Part shown: positions 20,773 to 39,977 of the stretch, in pieces
Layout of the letters: each line of letters starts with the position of its first letter
How positions within the stretch are numbered: the first letter of the stretch is position 1
DNA from: the human T2T-CHM13v2.0 reference genome, Homo sapiens
NCBI RefSeq assembly: GCF_009914755.1
Contig: NC_060931.1
Direction: 5' to 3' (one strand)
DNA: 64,000 bases
Made by a program: the position numbers and the translations under genes
The notes under the pieces: model-generated
Told to the model about the DNA's origin: nothing
What the model saw: only the letters and a program-made list of their open reading frames with translations
The model's database searches: none

Positions 20773-22069
20773 CTTGGCGTGTATTAAAATTCAGATTCCC
20801 AGGCTCCCCCACCCAGAGATTCACCTTTGGTAGATCTGAGATGAGGCTCTGGAGTTTGGCCATATTCAGGAATTAATCAGAATGTTGGGCAAAAGTGGCT
20901 GAGCACACGGCCACCAATCATCCATGTGACAACCCAACTTTCTTGCCTGTTGCTACAGCCACTGGGGACACCCCACTAGTGCCTCCATCTCCCCTTGTTT
21001 GGCTTCCCCAAATTAAAAGAGAACACAGGAAGGAAAGAGAACATGAGAATAAAAGAGAAAATGGGAAATTTACATTTAAAAGAAAAAAGTCAGAAATAAT
21101 CTAGATATTCACCAACAGGCAGATGTTAGATATATTATATATATATATATCTCATGCAGTCATCAAAAATAGGCTTTGAAAGAATGTCTGCTGGCATAAA
21201 AAATTTCATAATAAATTTAAGTGGAAAATAGAGACTAAAAATTATCATTCCAATTTTTTAAGAGTTAAAAAGTATATGTTTGTGTAGGCATAGAAACTCT
21301 AAGCATAGTTATCTGAAGGTAATTGAATTTACTGACGTTTTTGTGTTTTTCCATATCACCTAAATATTCTACAAAAATACAACTTTAAAAACACTGAATA
21401 TTTCCTTTTAACAAGTTCTAATTTCTGCATAACTTCCATGTGGCTTATGGGACTGGAAATATGTTTTTCTGGTTCAGTATCATGCTTTTGGTCCCAATGT
21501 TCCTGTCTTTCAGGAGCCTGCCTGCTGTGCAAATGATTAAGTACATAGATTTTATTTTGAACCAAAAAGAAAATGTTTTTGAAAGTTCTTAGGAGATCAA
21601 TCCAGAAGAACTAAACTAATTCTCCAAAAGAAGAGCCTTCGGGGACCATCTGTGTTCAGTGGGCTCTTTCTCTCTTTCTTTCTCCCATGTCTCAGTCTTG
21701 GAACAAAGCTCAAAGCCAAGCCTGGCAGAGTAACCAGTTGACTTGTTTGGTGGGGAAAAGAATAAGCAGTGTCAAGGACACCCAGGGAATGGCAGGGAGG
21801 AATTTTTCGGAGCAATGAACAAGAGGAAGCAGGAGCAAGACCTCAGTGGGCCATCTGAGGACAACTGCTGTCCCAGGAATGGGGCTGGGCTGGACTCAGT
21901 CTTTATGAAAACCTGGAAAAGAGATTTTGCCATATACCACTTAAAGAGACATAAAGAGCCTTAAAGACACATAAAGAGCCTTTACAGGACAATTCAGGTA
22001 GTGACTGCAAAACCTACACTCCATATTCAAGGAAGCTTCTGTGTATATGTAGTAATAGTTGCTGGTTCT

Positions 22070-22900
<831 letters not shown>

Positions 22901-23349
22901 CCATATTCTGCTATTATTCATCAATGGAGGAAAATAGGCAAAGCTAATCAGATATGTAGAGAATTTTATTTTTTCATGCATCACTCAGTACAAATGTATA
23001 GTCACTACTATATATCAGGCAATGAGTCTAGTCCTGTTAGGTCACACTATAGGAGAAAATTAGGTCTCCTATAGGAGAAAATTGCATATCTGCTCATAGT
23101 TTGGAGCCATTAGCTTTGCTTGGGGAGGTTGTATTGGTGAAGATGTATTCAGCTGCAAGTTATGGAATATCCAACCAAAAGCAGCTTTAAATTACAGATA
23201 TTTAATTGTCTATTAAATTAAAAAGTACAGCTGGATAGAGTTCTGGATTTGGTGAGCAGACCAACAGCAAGCCTCTAGCCACTTACTACCACCCTGCTTG
23301 CCATCCTCAGCAAGCTGCCAGAGTGGAGAAGATGTCACCTCCTTTGTCC

Positions 23350-23530
23350 TAGACATAGTATTTCTTTTAATTCAGCCTGAAGTCACATTGGCACTTTTTT
23401 CTTTTTTGGCAGCCACATCAATTCCAACTCATTTGGAGTCAACTAGTACTCTCAGTTTTTTTTAACATGCTGCTGCTGCTAAGCCACTTCCCACTGACGT
23501 GTATTTTGCACAGATTTTGCTTTATTTTGC
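23350..23530 (-). mobile_element. L3/CR1 fragment
   Basis: cagcctgaagtcacattggc...ttggcagccacatca resembles antisense CR1 RT. Confidence 0.6.
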
Positions 23531-23891
23531 TGTGTTGTTTTTGAGAGGTAACAATTTCCCTTGCATGGTAGCTTTGCAGAAAGGGAATCACTCTCCTGCA
23601 AAGGTGCACAAACTACAATCCAGTACAAATCCATCCTGTTCAGCCACAAGGCCTGGTTCTCAAGCCCCTAATTATGCCACAAAGGAGGAAGTGCTTCTTC
23701 AGCTATGAACTCTTACGCGGCAAATCCTGTAGATAATAATCCCAACCTACTGATTACGCCAGGGCAGGTGCTGATTCCTATTCCCCCCAAACACACATCT
23801 CAAGCTGGTAGGATGGGGCTGAACCTAAGATTCTGTCATGTCATATGGTTATTTTACCTTCTGACTACATAAAGTGCCTGTTGGGACCTAA

Positions 23892-24217
<326 letters not shown>

Positions 24218-24335
24218 CTAATGTTTTTCTTATCATGCAGCTTGAAAGTCCCTCAGCTTGACAGTGTGGGGAGATGAAGGCAAACCCGCATACAGGAAAG
24301 GAGAGAGCTACACAGAGAGAGAACCCCAGAGAGCC

Positions 24336-24668
24336 TGATATGGTTTGGTTGTGTCCCCACCCAAATCTCATCTTGAACTGTAGCTCCCATAATTCCCATG
24401 TGTGTGGGAGGGACCCTGTGGGAGGTAATTGAATCATGGGGGCGAGCCTTTCCCCGCTGTTCTCGTGATAGTGAATAAGTCTCATGAGATCTGATGGTGT
24501 TGTTCCCCTACACAAGCTCTCTTGCCTGTCACCCCATAACACATGGTTTTGTTCCTCCTTCACCTTCTGCCATGATTGTGGAACTGTGAGTCAATTAAAC
24601 GTCTTTCCTTTATAAATTACCCAACCTTGGATATGTCTTTATTAGCAGCTTGAGAACAGACTAATACA
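24336..24668 (+). mobile_element. THE1 (C/D-type) solo LTR
   Basis: TG...CA termini; 5-bp TSD gagcc. Confidence 0.92.
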
Positions 24669-24926
24669 GAGCCAAAGAAAATCTCCCCAGAGAATTCACC
24701 CAAATATTGATTAGCACATCAGCATGATGAAAAGTGCCTAAGGCCAGGGGAGAAAAGCTGTCTGAAAGAAATAGATTGAACAGTGCCCAGCACTAACATA
24801 GGGCCTAGAAGGATGTCCGTTCCCATTAATCAGGCTGGAAAAAATTCATAATGCATGAGGCACTGGGTAGAGTATTAGGACAGGTCTTATCTTACACCAC
24901 TCTGGTTCCACCTAAGAAATCGCTGT

Positions 24927-25380
24927 GTTTTTTAGGAAACAGAGTCTCACTCTGTCGCATAACCTTGGATCACTACAACCTCAGCCTCCCAGGTTCAAGC
25001 AATTCCCCGGCCTCAGCCTCCCAAGTAGCTGGGATTACAGACGCCTGCCACCACACCTGGCTAATTTTTGTTTTTTTGGTTTTTGGTGGGTTTTTTTTGT
25101 TTTTTGTTTTGTTTTGTTTGAGACAGAGTCTTACTCTGTCGCCAGGCTGAAGTGCAGGAGGTTGCTCACCGCAACCTCTGCCTCCTGAGTTCAAGCAATT
25201 CCCCTGCCTCAGCCTCCTGAGTAGCTGGGACTACAGGCGCCCACCACCACGCTCAGCTAATTTTTGTATTTTTAGTAGAGACATGTTGGCAAGGATGGTC
25301 TCGATCTCTTGACCTTGTGATCCGCCTGCCTTGGCCTCCCAAAGTGCTGGGATTACAGGCATGAGCCACCATGCCCGGCC
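24927..25380 (-). mobile_element. Alu right arm (24927-25078) plus Alu (25080-25380)
   Basis: Reverse Alu text with small deletions. Confidence 0.9.
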
Positions 25381-25556
25381 TATATTCTTTAAGTTCAAAA
25401 TGTTAAGTAGAGACATGGGAGATATTTTTTTAAGACTCTAGAGATGAAAACTACAATGTTTAAGTTGAAAAATACAATGGATGAGATTAATGGCAGATTA
25501 AACATGGCAGAAGAAAAGAGCAGTACATACACTTGAAGATTTAGCAAGAGAAATTA

Positions 25557-26238
<682 letters not shown>

Positions 26239-26596
26239 TTACAGCATATGTAAAAGTAAAATATACGGCAGCAATCACATCAAAGTTGAGGGAGGAGAAA
26301 GAAAGTACACTATTGAAAGGTTCTTATCCTCTAAGTGAAGTTGTTTAATGTCACTTGATGTATTCAATAAACCCTGAAGCAACCACTAGAACTTTTTTAA
26401 AGTTTTAGAGCTAATGAATGAGTCAATGAAGGAGGCTGAAATAGGATTATTCAAAAATACTCGTTAGGCCAAAAGAAGGCAGAAAAAATGGACAAAAAAG
26501 AAAGGAACGAACAGTGGATAAGACAGATAGACAACACATAGCAATAGCATAGATATAAATCTAACTGAATTATCACATTAAATGTAAATTGCTCTA

Positions 26597-26878
26597 AGCC
26601 GGGTTTGGTGGCTCAGGCCTGTAATTCCAGCATTTTGGGAGGTCAAGGCGGGCAGATCACTTGAGGTCAGGAGTCCAGGACCAGCCTGGGAAACATGGTG
26701 AAATCCTGTCTTTACTAAAAATACAAAAATTAGCTGGGTGTGGTTGTGCACGCCTGTAATCCCAGCTACTCAGGTGGCTGAGGTGGGAGAATAGCTTGAA
26801 CCAGGAAGGCAAAGTTTGCAGTGAGCCAAGATTGCACCACTGTACTCTAGCCTGAGCCACAGAGCAAGACTACATCTC

Positions 26879-26904
<26 letters not shown>
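26597..26904 (+). mobile_element. Alu (AluS-type)
   Basis: TSD gtaaattgctctaa. Confidence 0.95.
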
Positions 26905-26910
<6 letters not shown>

Positions 26911-27204
26911 TGCTCTAAATATCTCAAAAGGCAGAAGTAGTTAGACTGGTTAAAAAGAAATCGAAACCTAAAAAAAAAAAAAAAACAAGACCTAATGATA
27001 TGCTGCTATTAAATTGTACTTAAATATGAATAAATGAAGAGATATACTTTTTATAATAAGCAATTTGAAAATGTTGTATCATATAACAGTAGCAAAAAAA
27101 AAATCTAAAATGGCTCTATTAATATTGGCAAAGTAGATTTCAGAGTGAAGACTACCAAGAAGGTCTCATTATGATAAAAAGATCAATTAAGCAAGAGGAC
27201 ATAG

Positions 27205-27503
<299 letters not shown>

Positions 27504-29531
27504 CAACACAGCAATTCTTAAATGAGAATATACCTAATCATAGAGCTTTAAAATACATGAGCAAAAACTGACAGATCACAAAGAGAAATCAGCAAATCCA
27601 CAATTACAGTCAGAAAATTCCATGCCCTTTCTCTTAGTAACTGATAGAATAAGTAGACAGAAAATCAACAAAGACATAGTAGAGTTGAACAATATTAATT
27701 TAATCTGATTGGCATTTGTAGACCACATCATCCAACAATAGCAGACTGCATATTATTTTCAGGGGCACAGAGAACATTTATCGAGATAGACCATATTATG
27801 GGCCATAAAAACCCATCACAATAAATTAGAGGGACTGAAGTCATGAGGAGAAGGTATCAGAAATAAGTGAGGTTATATTACTACATATTCAACAGATATT
27901 ACAAAGGTAATAAAGAAATATTAACAACTTCATGCTTATAAATGCAATCACCTAGACCAAACGGACAAATTCCTTGAAAATCACAAAGCTCACTCAGGAA
28001 AAATTGAGAACCTAAACTGTTTATATCAAAAAAATTAAATTTGTAGTTCAAAAACTTTACACAAAGAAACTGCTAGGCCCAGGTGGCTTTTCTGTTGAAT
28101 TCTACAGAAATTTAATGAAGAAATAAAATCAATTCTACTCAATCTCAACCAGAAAATTTAACAAGAGGGAATAATTGTCAACTCATTCTATGAATTCAGC
28201 ATTACTTTAATACCAAAATTAGATGAAGACACTAAAAGAAAATAAAACACAGCTCAGTATTTCTCATGAATATAGATGCAAAAACTTTTAACAAAGTTTA
28301 GAAAATTGTGTGATATAAAAAGGATATATCATGACCAAGTGAAGTTTAGCCCAGGAATGCAGGGCTGGTTTAGCATTTGAAAGCCAATCAGTGGAAATTA
28401 CCATATTACAGACTAAAAAAGAGAAAACATACCATTATCCCAACAGATGCAGAAAAGCATGTGAACAATTCTAACGTCTATTCTTGATAAAAAGTCACAG
28501 CAAATTAGGCCTAGAAGGAAACTTCCTCAACCTGACCAAGAGTATCTACAAAATACCTGTAGTATTTTGCCTCTAGTATTGTATTTAAGAAATCTTTGTC
28601 TAACTCAAGGACACAGAGGTTTTTCTCCTTGTTTTCTCTTAGAGGTTTTATAGTTTGGGGTTTTATATTTAGGTCTCTGATCCATTTTGAATTAATTTTT
28701 ACATATAGGGCTAGGTATGGATCAAACTCCACTTTCCTTTCTCTTTCTCTCTTTCCCTCACCACCTCTGCATATAAATATCCAATTGTTCCAGCATCATT
28801 TGTTGAAGAAGCCAGGCCCCCTACCCCCTGGCAAAACAAACAAACAAAAAAAACAAGAGTACATACTGTATGATTGATTCCATTTATGTAAAACTCCAGA
28901 AAATGCAAACTAATCTTTAGTGAAAGAAAGCAGATCACTGGATAGGGCAGGGGAGGGGGAATGAAAGGAGGAATTATAAAGGAACACAAAGAAATTTCAC
29001 TGGTGGGGGTGATGCACCTGTCCACTATCTTGATTAGGGTGATAGTTTCATCAGTGTATACATATGTCAGATGTATCACTTTGCATTTTAAATATGTGCA
29101 ATTGATTATAGGCCAGTTATATCTCAATAAATTCATTGGTAACAACAACAAAGTTCTCAGTCCAAAGTCTGGGGTCCTCTCCTGGAGTCTGAAGTACTCA
29201 GCAAGCCACTTGGCTATTAGCAAGTGGCTTCTTTCTGCATTGAGACATGAGAGAAGTTGTTGCTTGATTGGTGCAGAGTTCTGTGGCTTCCAAATAGGCT
29301 GCCCATCATGTTCTCAAAGTGGAGGGAGTGACAGACCTGCTCAGAAAACCTAGGCTCCTGGTTTTGCCTTAGACCTGACAAGCAGAATGTGCCAGAAATC
29401 CGAGGGATTTGAGCCTTTGTCACACAGATAATGATGGAAACAACTGGTATATGGGTTTGGAGAAGAGGGAACAGAAGCTCAGTAAGCAGTTTTAACTGAC
29501 TCTATGCTCCCCATACCAGGACCAGGACATG

Positions 29532-30008
29532 CCGTAACCACCAAAACAGCCCAATTCAATTCAACTTTGTGTAATAAAATGGAGAGTTTTCTGTTGCCAT
29601 GTACCTCCAAGTTAAAGGTCACATAATCTGAGCATGCCCAGACGAACCAACTGTGCAACCATGAGCAGAACCTAAGTGTCTGGCCCAAGGAATGAGGACT
29701 GAATTAAGAAATGGACATCACATGTCAGGATCCAATCAGATGAATCCCTGGCATCACCCCATGGCAGGATCCAGTCAGAGCACACCTCCCAGTATCACCT
29801 CATCACCTCATTTCAAGATCCAATCTGATCACACCTCACTACCCTACGCTTATAAAACCTATCCCAGCTCTCAGCTCAGGGAGACAGATCTGAGCATTTC
29901 TTCCTATGTCCTTACCAGTCGACTTGCTTTTCTTTCCTCAAAAGCTTGTCCCATGGTATTGGCCACTCTGCACATCAGGAAACAAGCCCATTCATTGCCT
30001 AGCAACGA
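29532..30008 (+). mobile_element. ERV1-class solo LTR (subfamily uncertain)
   Basis: gtaacc start, repeated gatccaatc boxes, TATAAAA at ~29851, LTR-like U5. Confidence 0.65.
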
Positions 30009-30307
30009 TGGAAACTACTGGAAAAGATTTATTTCAAATCTTCAGTGATTTCATCTCTGTAAAGGTGTGCTCCCCTGAGTGTGGTAAGGTCCTCATCACT
30101 AGAAGTATTCAGTTATGAACTGGACAACCATCCGGTTAGGATTCTTTAGAAATAATTGAAACACTGGTTGGGTGTTTCTGGGATTTTGAAAATCTTTTCA
30201 AGCCATTGAAGTCTTTACTTTTCTACTTAAAACCTCTACACGTTTGTGTGCGTGTGGCTACTCACATGGAGGAAGGAGAATTTGCCTCTGAATTAATCCT
30301 CCCTTGA

Positions 30308-30621
<314 letters not shown>

Positions 30622-30690
30622 CCATATCTGATTTAGAGGAGAGATGAGATTTTAGACTTCAGACATTTGAGTTGATGCTAGAATGAGTTA

Positions 30691-30769
30691 TTAGGTTGGT
30701 GCAAAAGTAATTGAGGTTTTTGCCATTGAAAATAATAGCAAAATCTGCAATTATTTTTGCATCAACCTA
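30691..30769 (+). mobile_element. MADE1 mariner (Hsmar1-derived) MITE
   Basis: ttaggttggtgcaaaagtaattg...caattatttttgcatcaaccta palindrome with TA flanks. Confidence 0.92.
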
Positions 30770-30879
30770 TAAGACTTTTGGGGCTATTAGGACGGAAGGA
30801 ATGTGTCTTGTAAACCTATTCCCTAATATGATAGTGGGCCTTTGGGAGACAATCACTGATTCACCAGAGAAACTTCCAG

Positions 30880-31852
<973 letters not shown>

Positions 31853-32273
31853 CCTACTCAATGTGCTGAATACCTCACTCCAAACCATTTCAGAAAATTC
31901 AGATATTATCAACCCTCATTGCACTGCCTTCCATTAGAAACATGGGAAGTTGTTTTGGAAAAGATGTACCTGCCCCTCAACCAGGCCCAGGCGCCTGCTG
32001 AGCCTACGACAGAAGTTGCTACCCCTACCCCAGGTGAAAGTACAGCAGGACACTCTTTCCAAGTTTATCATGAGAAACTAAGCAAACCACCATCCGATAC
32101 CCAACCCAGGCCCCTGTTCTACATAGAAGACAGATAGGAATATTCACTCAGATTGATAAGAAAAGCATCCTGCACATCTCAGGATGGTCAAACCTCCATG
32201 ATTGCTATGACTCTTGAATGACACCTTCCCCCGGAGAAACAGACAAGAGGAAATGGATTGAAATTGATGATAG

Positions 32274-32579
32274 GCCGGGCATGGTGGCTCACGCCTGTAA
32301 TCCCAGCACTTTGGGAGGCAGAGGCAGGAGGAGGATCACTTGAGGTCAGGAGTTCAAGATCACCCTGGCCAACATTGCAAAACCCCATCTCTACTAAAAA
32401 TACAAAAATTAGCCGGGCGTGGTGGCACATGCCTATAATCCCAGCTACTCAGGAGGCTGAGGCAGGAGAACCGATTGAACCCAGGAGGTGGAGGTTGCAG
32501 TGAGCCCAGATGGAGTCACTGCACTCCAGCTTGGATGACAGAGTGAGACAGTCTCCAAAAAAAAAAAAGAAAAGAAAAG
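32274..32579 (+). mobile_element. Alu (AluS-type)
   Basis: Dimer. Confidence 0.95.
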
Positions 32580-33221
32580 TTGATCATAAAAAGGAACACA
32601 ATTCTCTTGGTTTTCCTTTAGAAATAACTCAATGCCTTTCAATTAATTTATAGAATCCATCTATTTATGACAAAATAGAGGAGACTCTCTCTCAAGGATG
32701 TGCTTCAGTTTCTGTGCAGAAAGGAAAGAGACCAAATCCCTCATTAATGTTTTCACATTTTGTTCTGTGGCAATGATGAGACGATGAGATTCAGAGGCTG
32801 TCGGGACTCAAATCAGAAAAACATGAACTAATTCTAGGGCATGTTATTCCATCTAATTTCCATTTGTACCTGAACAAACATGGAATATTTTATCAGCCTG
32901 AGAGAGTGAAACCATCAGAGGAAGTTTCCAGAATCAGAGAGAGAAGTGAGTGGCTGCCCAAATCTAAGGGTGGCCGTGGAAGGGCCCTCCTAGGCTGGGG
33001 GCTTCTCCTCCCACGGTCCACAAGGACCTCGTGACAGCTGGGGCAGCGAGCTGGCTGGCCACCGGCGAGGCTGGAATAGGCATGTTGTACCAACACCTCT
33101 GTGCGTGGGCTTCTCGGGTGCCCCCTAAAGCTCAGTCAAAGGACTCTCCCGTCAGCATTGCCTAGCATGACAGTTCAGTGCAAATCTGCCATGCAAGTTT
33201 GACTTGTATGTGTTTTGAAGG

Positions 33222-33520
33222 TTTTTTGTTTTTTGTTTCTTTTTGAGATGGAATCTTGCTCTGTCACCCAGGCTGGAGTGCAGCAGCACGATCATGGCTC
33301 ACTGAAGCCTCAACCTCCCAAACACAAGTGACCCTCCCACTGCATCCTCCCTAGTAGCTTGGACCACAAGAAAGTGCCACCATGCCTGGCTTATTATTTC
33401 TTTCTTTTAGGAGATGGGGTCTCACTATGTTGCCCAGTATGGTCTCAAATTCCTGAGCTCAAGTAATCCTTCCTCCTTGGCCTTCCACTGAGATTACAGA
33501 TGTGAGCCACTGCACCAGGC
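33222..33520 (-). mobile_element. AluJ
   Basis: Diverged reverse dimer. Confidence 0.9.
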
Positions 33521-33624
33521 TGAGAATTCTGCCTTGCAGAAGAGTACTCCAGACAGGTGCGATGGAAGTTCAGCCCTGCCTGCTAGAATGGGACCTCCCC
33601 TGCCTACCTCCTGGCACCCATTTC

Positions 33625-33627
<3 letters not shown>

Positions 33628-33656
<29 letters not shown>

Positions 33657-33939
33657 GGAGGCAGAGTCTCCCTCTGTTTCCCAGGCTGGAGTGCAGTTGT
33701 GCGATCTTGGCTCACTGCAACCTCCGCCTCCCAGGTTCAAGCAATTATTCCCGCCTCAGCCTCCCAAGTAGTTGGGATTACAGCCACCTGCCATCACCCC
33801 CAGCTAATTTTTGTATTCTTAGTAGAGATGGGGTTTCACCGTGTTGGCCAAGCTGGTCTCAAACTCCTGACCTCAGATGATCTGCCTGCCTCAGACTCCC
33901 AAAGTGCTGGGATTACAGGCGTAAGGCACCGTGCCTGGC
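33628..33939 (-). mobile_element. Alu (AluS-type)
   Basis: Reverse dimer. Confidence 0.95.
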
Positions 33940-34365
33940 CCTGGCCCCCACTTTCTTTGGGGTTTGTTTTCTAACCCTCTCCTCCTGCTCCAGCTGCTGG
34001 TGAGAGTCTGGCTGAAAATGCATGACCCTCAGTGCACAACATCCAGGCCTCTGTCCTCTGAGGCTTCCATCCTCAGCTGTGTGTGCCCCCTGCCTCGTGG
34101 GGCCTGCTCAGATGCTGGGGAGTGGCCAAGCTCTGGCACTGCCATGCCTGCAGACTCCTGGGGGCCAGCCTCGGGTCTGCTTCTGGCTTCTCTCCCCAGC
34201 TGCAGGCCTATGTCACGGAGTCCCTCCTGTGGTGCCTTAAAGCCAAGCTTGCAAGAATAGGGTATGTGTGCAATGGCACAGGCACAAGTCACTTCAACCA
34301 TCAGAATCAGGTGCAAGCATGGAAAGTTATAAGGCCGTTGATTTCCACAGCCCAGGATTGAAACT

Positions 34366-34669
34366 TCTTTCTTATTTATTTGTTTTTGAGAGGAAGTCTC
34401 ACTCTGTTGCCCAGGCTGAAGTGCAGTGACACGATCTCGGCTCACAGCAACCTCCACCTCCCAGGTTCAAGCGACTCTCCTGACTCAGCCTCCTGAGTAG
34501 CTGGGATTACAGGTGCCCACCACCATGCCCAGCTAATTTTTGTATTTTTAGTAGAGATGGGGTTTCACCATGTTGGCTAGGCTGGTCTCAAACTCCCGAC
34601 CTCAGGTGATCCACCTGCCTCGGACTCCCAAAGTGCTGGGATTACAGACGTGAGCCACCACACCCGGCC
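34366..34669 (-). mobile_element. Alu (AluS-type)
   Basis: Reverse dimer. Confidence 0.95.
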
Positions 34670-34857
34670 TGAATCTTCTCTTTTAAAATATCCAGGTATA
34701 TCTCTTTAGTGAAACAAAAGCAATAACCAAAACCAAGACTTCCATGTAGGAAGGGAAGAATGAGAGATGCCAGCCCCTGGCAGAGACGTGGACTGTTTGC
34801 ACTGGTTTCAATTTAACAACCTCAGAGCACACGTGATTCATCAGAATGCTGGGGGCT

Positions 34858-35465
34858 GGCCAGGTGCCGTGGCTGATTCCTGTAATCCCAACACTTTGGG
34901 AGGCCGAGGTGGGAGGATCGTTTGAGGCCAGGATTTCAAGGCCAGCCTGGGTTAACAAAACAAGACCCCATGTCTACAAAAAATATATAAAATAAAACAT
35001 AAATTAGCCAGGGGTAGTGGCGTGCACCTGTAGTCCCAGCTACTTAGAAGGCTGGAGGCAGGAGGATTGCTTGAGCCCAGGAGTTGGAGGTTGCAGTTAA
35101 CCATGATTGTGCCATGGCACTCCAGCCTGGGTGACAGAGTGAGACCTTGTCTTTAAGAAATTTTAAAAATAGACGGGCACAGTGGCTCACGCCTGTAGTC
35201 CCAGCACTTTGGGAGGCCGAGGCGGGTGGATCACCAGGTCAGGAGATCGAGACCATCCTGGCTAACACAGTGAAACCCCATCTCTACTAAAAATACAAAA
35301 AATTAGCCGGGCGTCGTGGTAGGTGCCTGTAGTCCCAGCTACTCAGGAGGCTGAGGCAGGAGAATAGTGTGAACCCGGGAGGCCGGAGCTTGCAGTGATC
35401 CGAGATCGCGCCATTGCACTCCAGCCTGGGTGACAGAGCGAGACTCCAACTCAAAAAAAAAAAAA
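34858..35465 (+). mobile_element. AluJ (34858-35160) followed by AluY-like (35171-35465)
   Basis: Second copy has gagatcgagaccatcctggctaac and gagcttgcagtg. Confidence 0.93.
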
Positions 35466-35666
35466 TTTATGAAAAATAACTTTTGCTGGGTTATGATGTC
35501 TGTCATGTCTCCTCACGTGTCATTGGCCACAGTAAGTCAAAAAGCCATCCCTTACACCAATGGGATGAGAAGAAAGTACACCACATTCTAGGGGAGGCAG
35601 CAGGGATGGCACAAGTGATTAGTCCAGAGAGGGGCAGTAAATATTTGGGACAAATTATCTAAACTA

Positions 35667-36157
<491 letters not shown>

Positions 36158-36812
36158 GCTACACTACTGCAGATCCCAGGGAGCCTTAGACATCTGAAAG
36201 GGGGGCCCTGGTCTGCTGACATCACATCACAGACAAAAATATCAAAGATACAAAAATATTTTGAATCCGCTGGAAGAAAGCTGTGATATAGATATTATGA
36301 CTCATTCCAAAATGTTCCCGTGGCAGATTAGTATACCTTAAAAGGATATATCAATCCTGCTCAAACTCAGAAAACCATTTAGGGCCTTTCAAAACCAAAG
36401 GAGGTGCCAAGGCATTTTGAAAGAGGCCATTAGTGAGAGACATGGCAAGTTACCTCTGACTTATTAAAAAAGCAAATGATTTTATAAATGAGCCCATTAC
36501 AAAGTATTCATGAGATATTAGAGCTCTGAGAACTGGCTGAATAGGAGGGAATGGAGGATAATTAGGGCAGTTAGAAATCTGTTATTTTGGGAGTTTGCCA
36601 AAGGAAATAATTCCTACATTTGTTCTTGGGCAGATAGTTACGATGGCTTTGCAGAGGGCCTGAGTGACAAATCTGGCACTGGGAAAAAAAAAAAAAAAGG
36701 TGGTGATGACACCGTCCCTGACTCAGGGACTCACATCTGGGTTGGGGAGGGGAAGCAAATATTTACAGCAATAAACCACAATACCATGTGCTATGGTAAT
36801 ACTAGAAATATG

Positions 36813-37416
<604 letters not shown>

Positions 37417-37437
37417 TCACTCTGGCTGCAGGGAGGG

Positions 37438-38667
<1,230 letters not shown>

Positions 38668-38921
38668 TGATAGGGGCGCATGATCAATAAACATGCAGAG
38701 GCCCCGGCTTAGAGGCAGGAAGAGCAATAGCAAGGCCTGCGAAGACCCAGACAGAGGAGCTAAGGGCTTGACCTGAAGGGGCGGCGGCAGCTGTCACAGA
38801 CAAGTTTACCCGATCAGATCTGCTGAGCAGGAGGAGCCCGTGGGCGTCTACAGCAGTTGAATAAACAGGTTTGTGGTTCAGATGGGAAACAGGCTGGGAA
38901 TATCCATTTGAGAGTGATCAG

Positions 38922-39324
<403 letters not shown>

Positions 39325-39977
39325 TTAAATGAAGACTTATTAGCTTTAGTAAACAGAGCACAAATAAATTAGTGTGCAGGGATGAGAGGCTGTTTTAATG
39401 AAAAAGGTTTTCATCCTTCCTTTCATCCCCACTCTGCCCACTGCAGCCAGCACTGAGCTTCTACCTCCCACGGTCATCTCTGTAATATGGTGAATGACAT
39501 CAGCGCCCCTTCTTCCTGGAACAATAGGCTGACTGTCTTGGAGGGGACACTGGGAAGAGTGGGACAGGATGCAATGGCCAAAGAAATGGCCAATTTGAGA
39601 TTCTGAGTCATAAATTGTCATAATTAGAAGGCAGACAGAGTGTGTGGCTGTTGCTGTATTTGCTGCCTGTTCTCTGTAAAAAGCTTCGGGAATTAAAATA
39701 ATAGGCTTTTAAAAGAAGCACCACGCAGGGCTTTACTTAATGGCCTGCACATGAAGCATTCGCTGCAGACAGACCCAGACAGACCGGTGGTCAGATTCAA
39801 ATGTCAGCTCTGGTACTGGTCCCCACCCCTCAACCAGGGCAAAGAAGCAAATAGGGAACCCTCATTATTCACTAGAACAGGCTAGGAAAGAGTCCCCGGG
39901 AATCTGCCTGCAAGGGTTAAGGAATTAGGGTGACCTATTAAAGAAGTACAGCTTTGCAATGACAAAGTAAATCACTT

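Noticed and set aside
30691-30769. Hairpin resembling a pre-miRNA
   Set aside because: Explained by the MADE1 palindrome; miR-548-type expression cannot be supported from sequence alone
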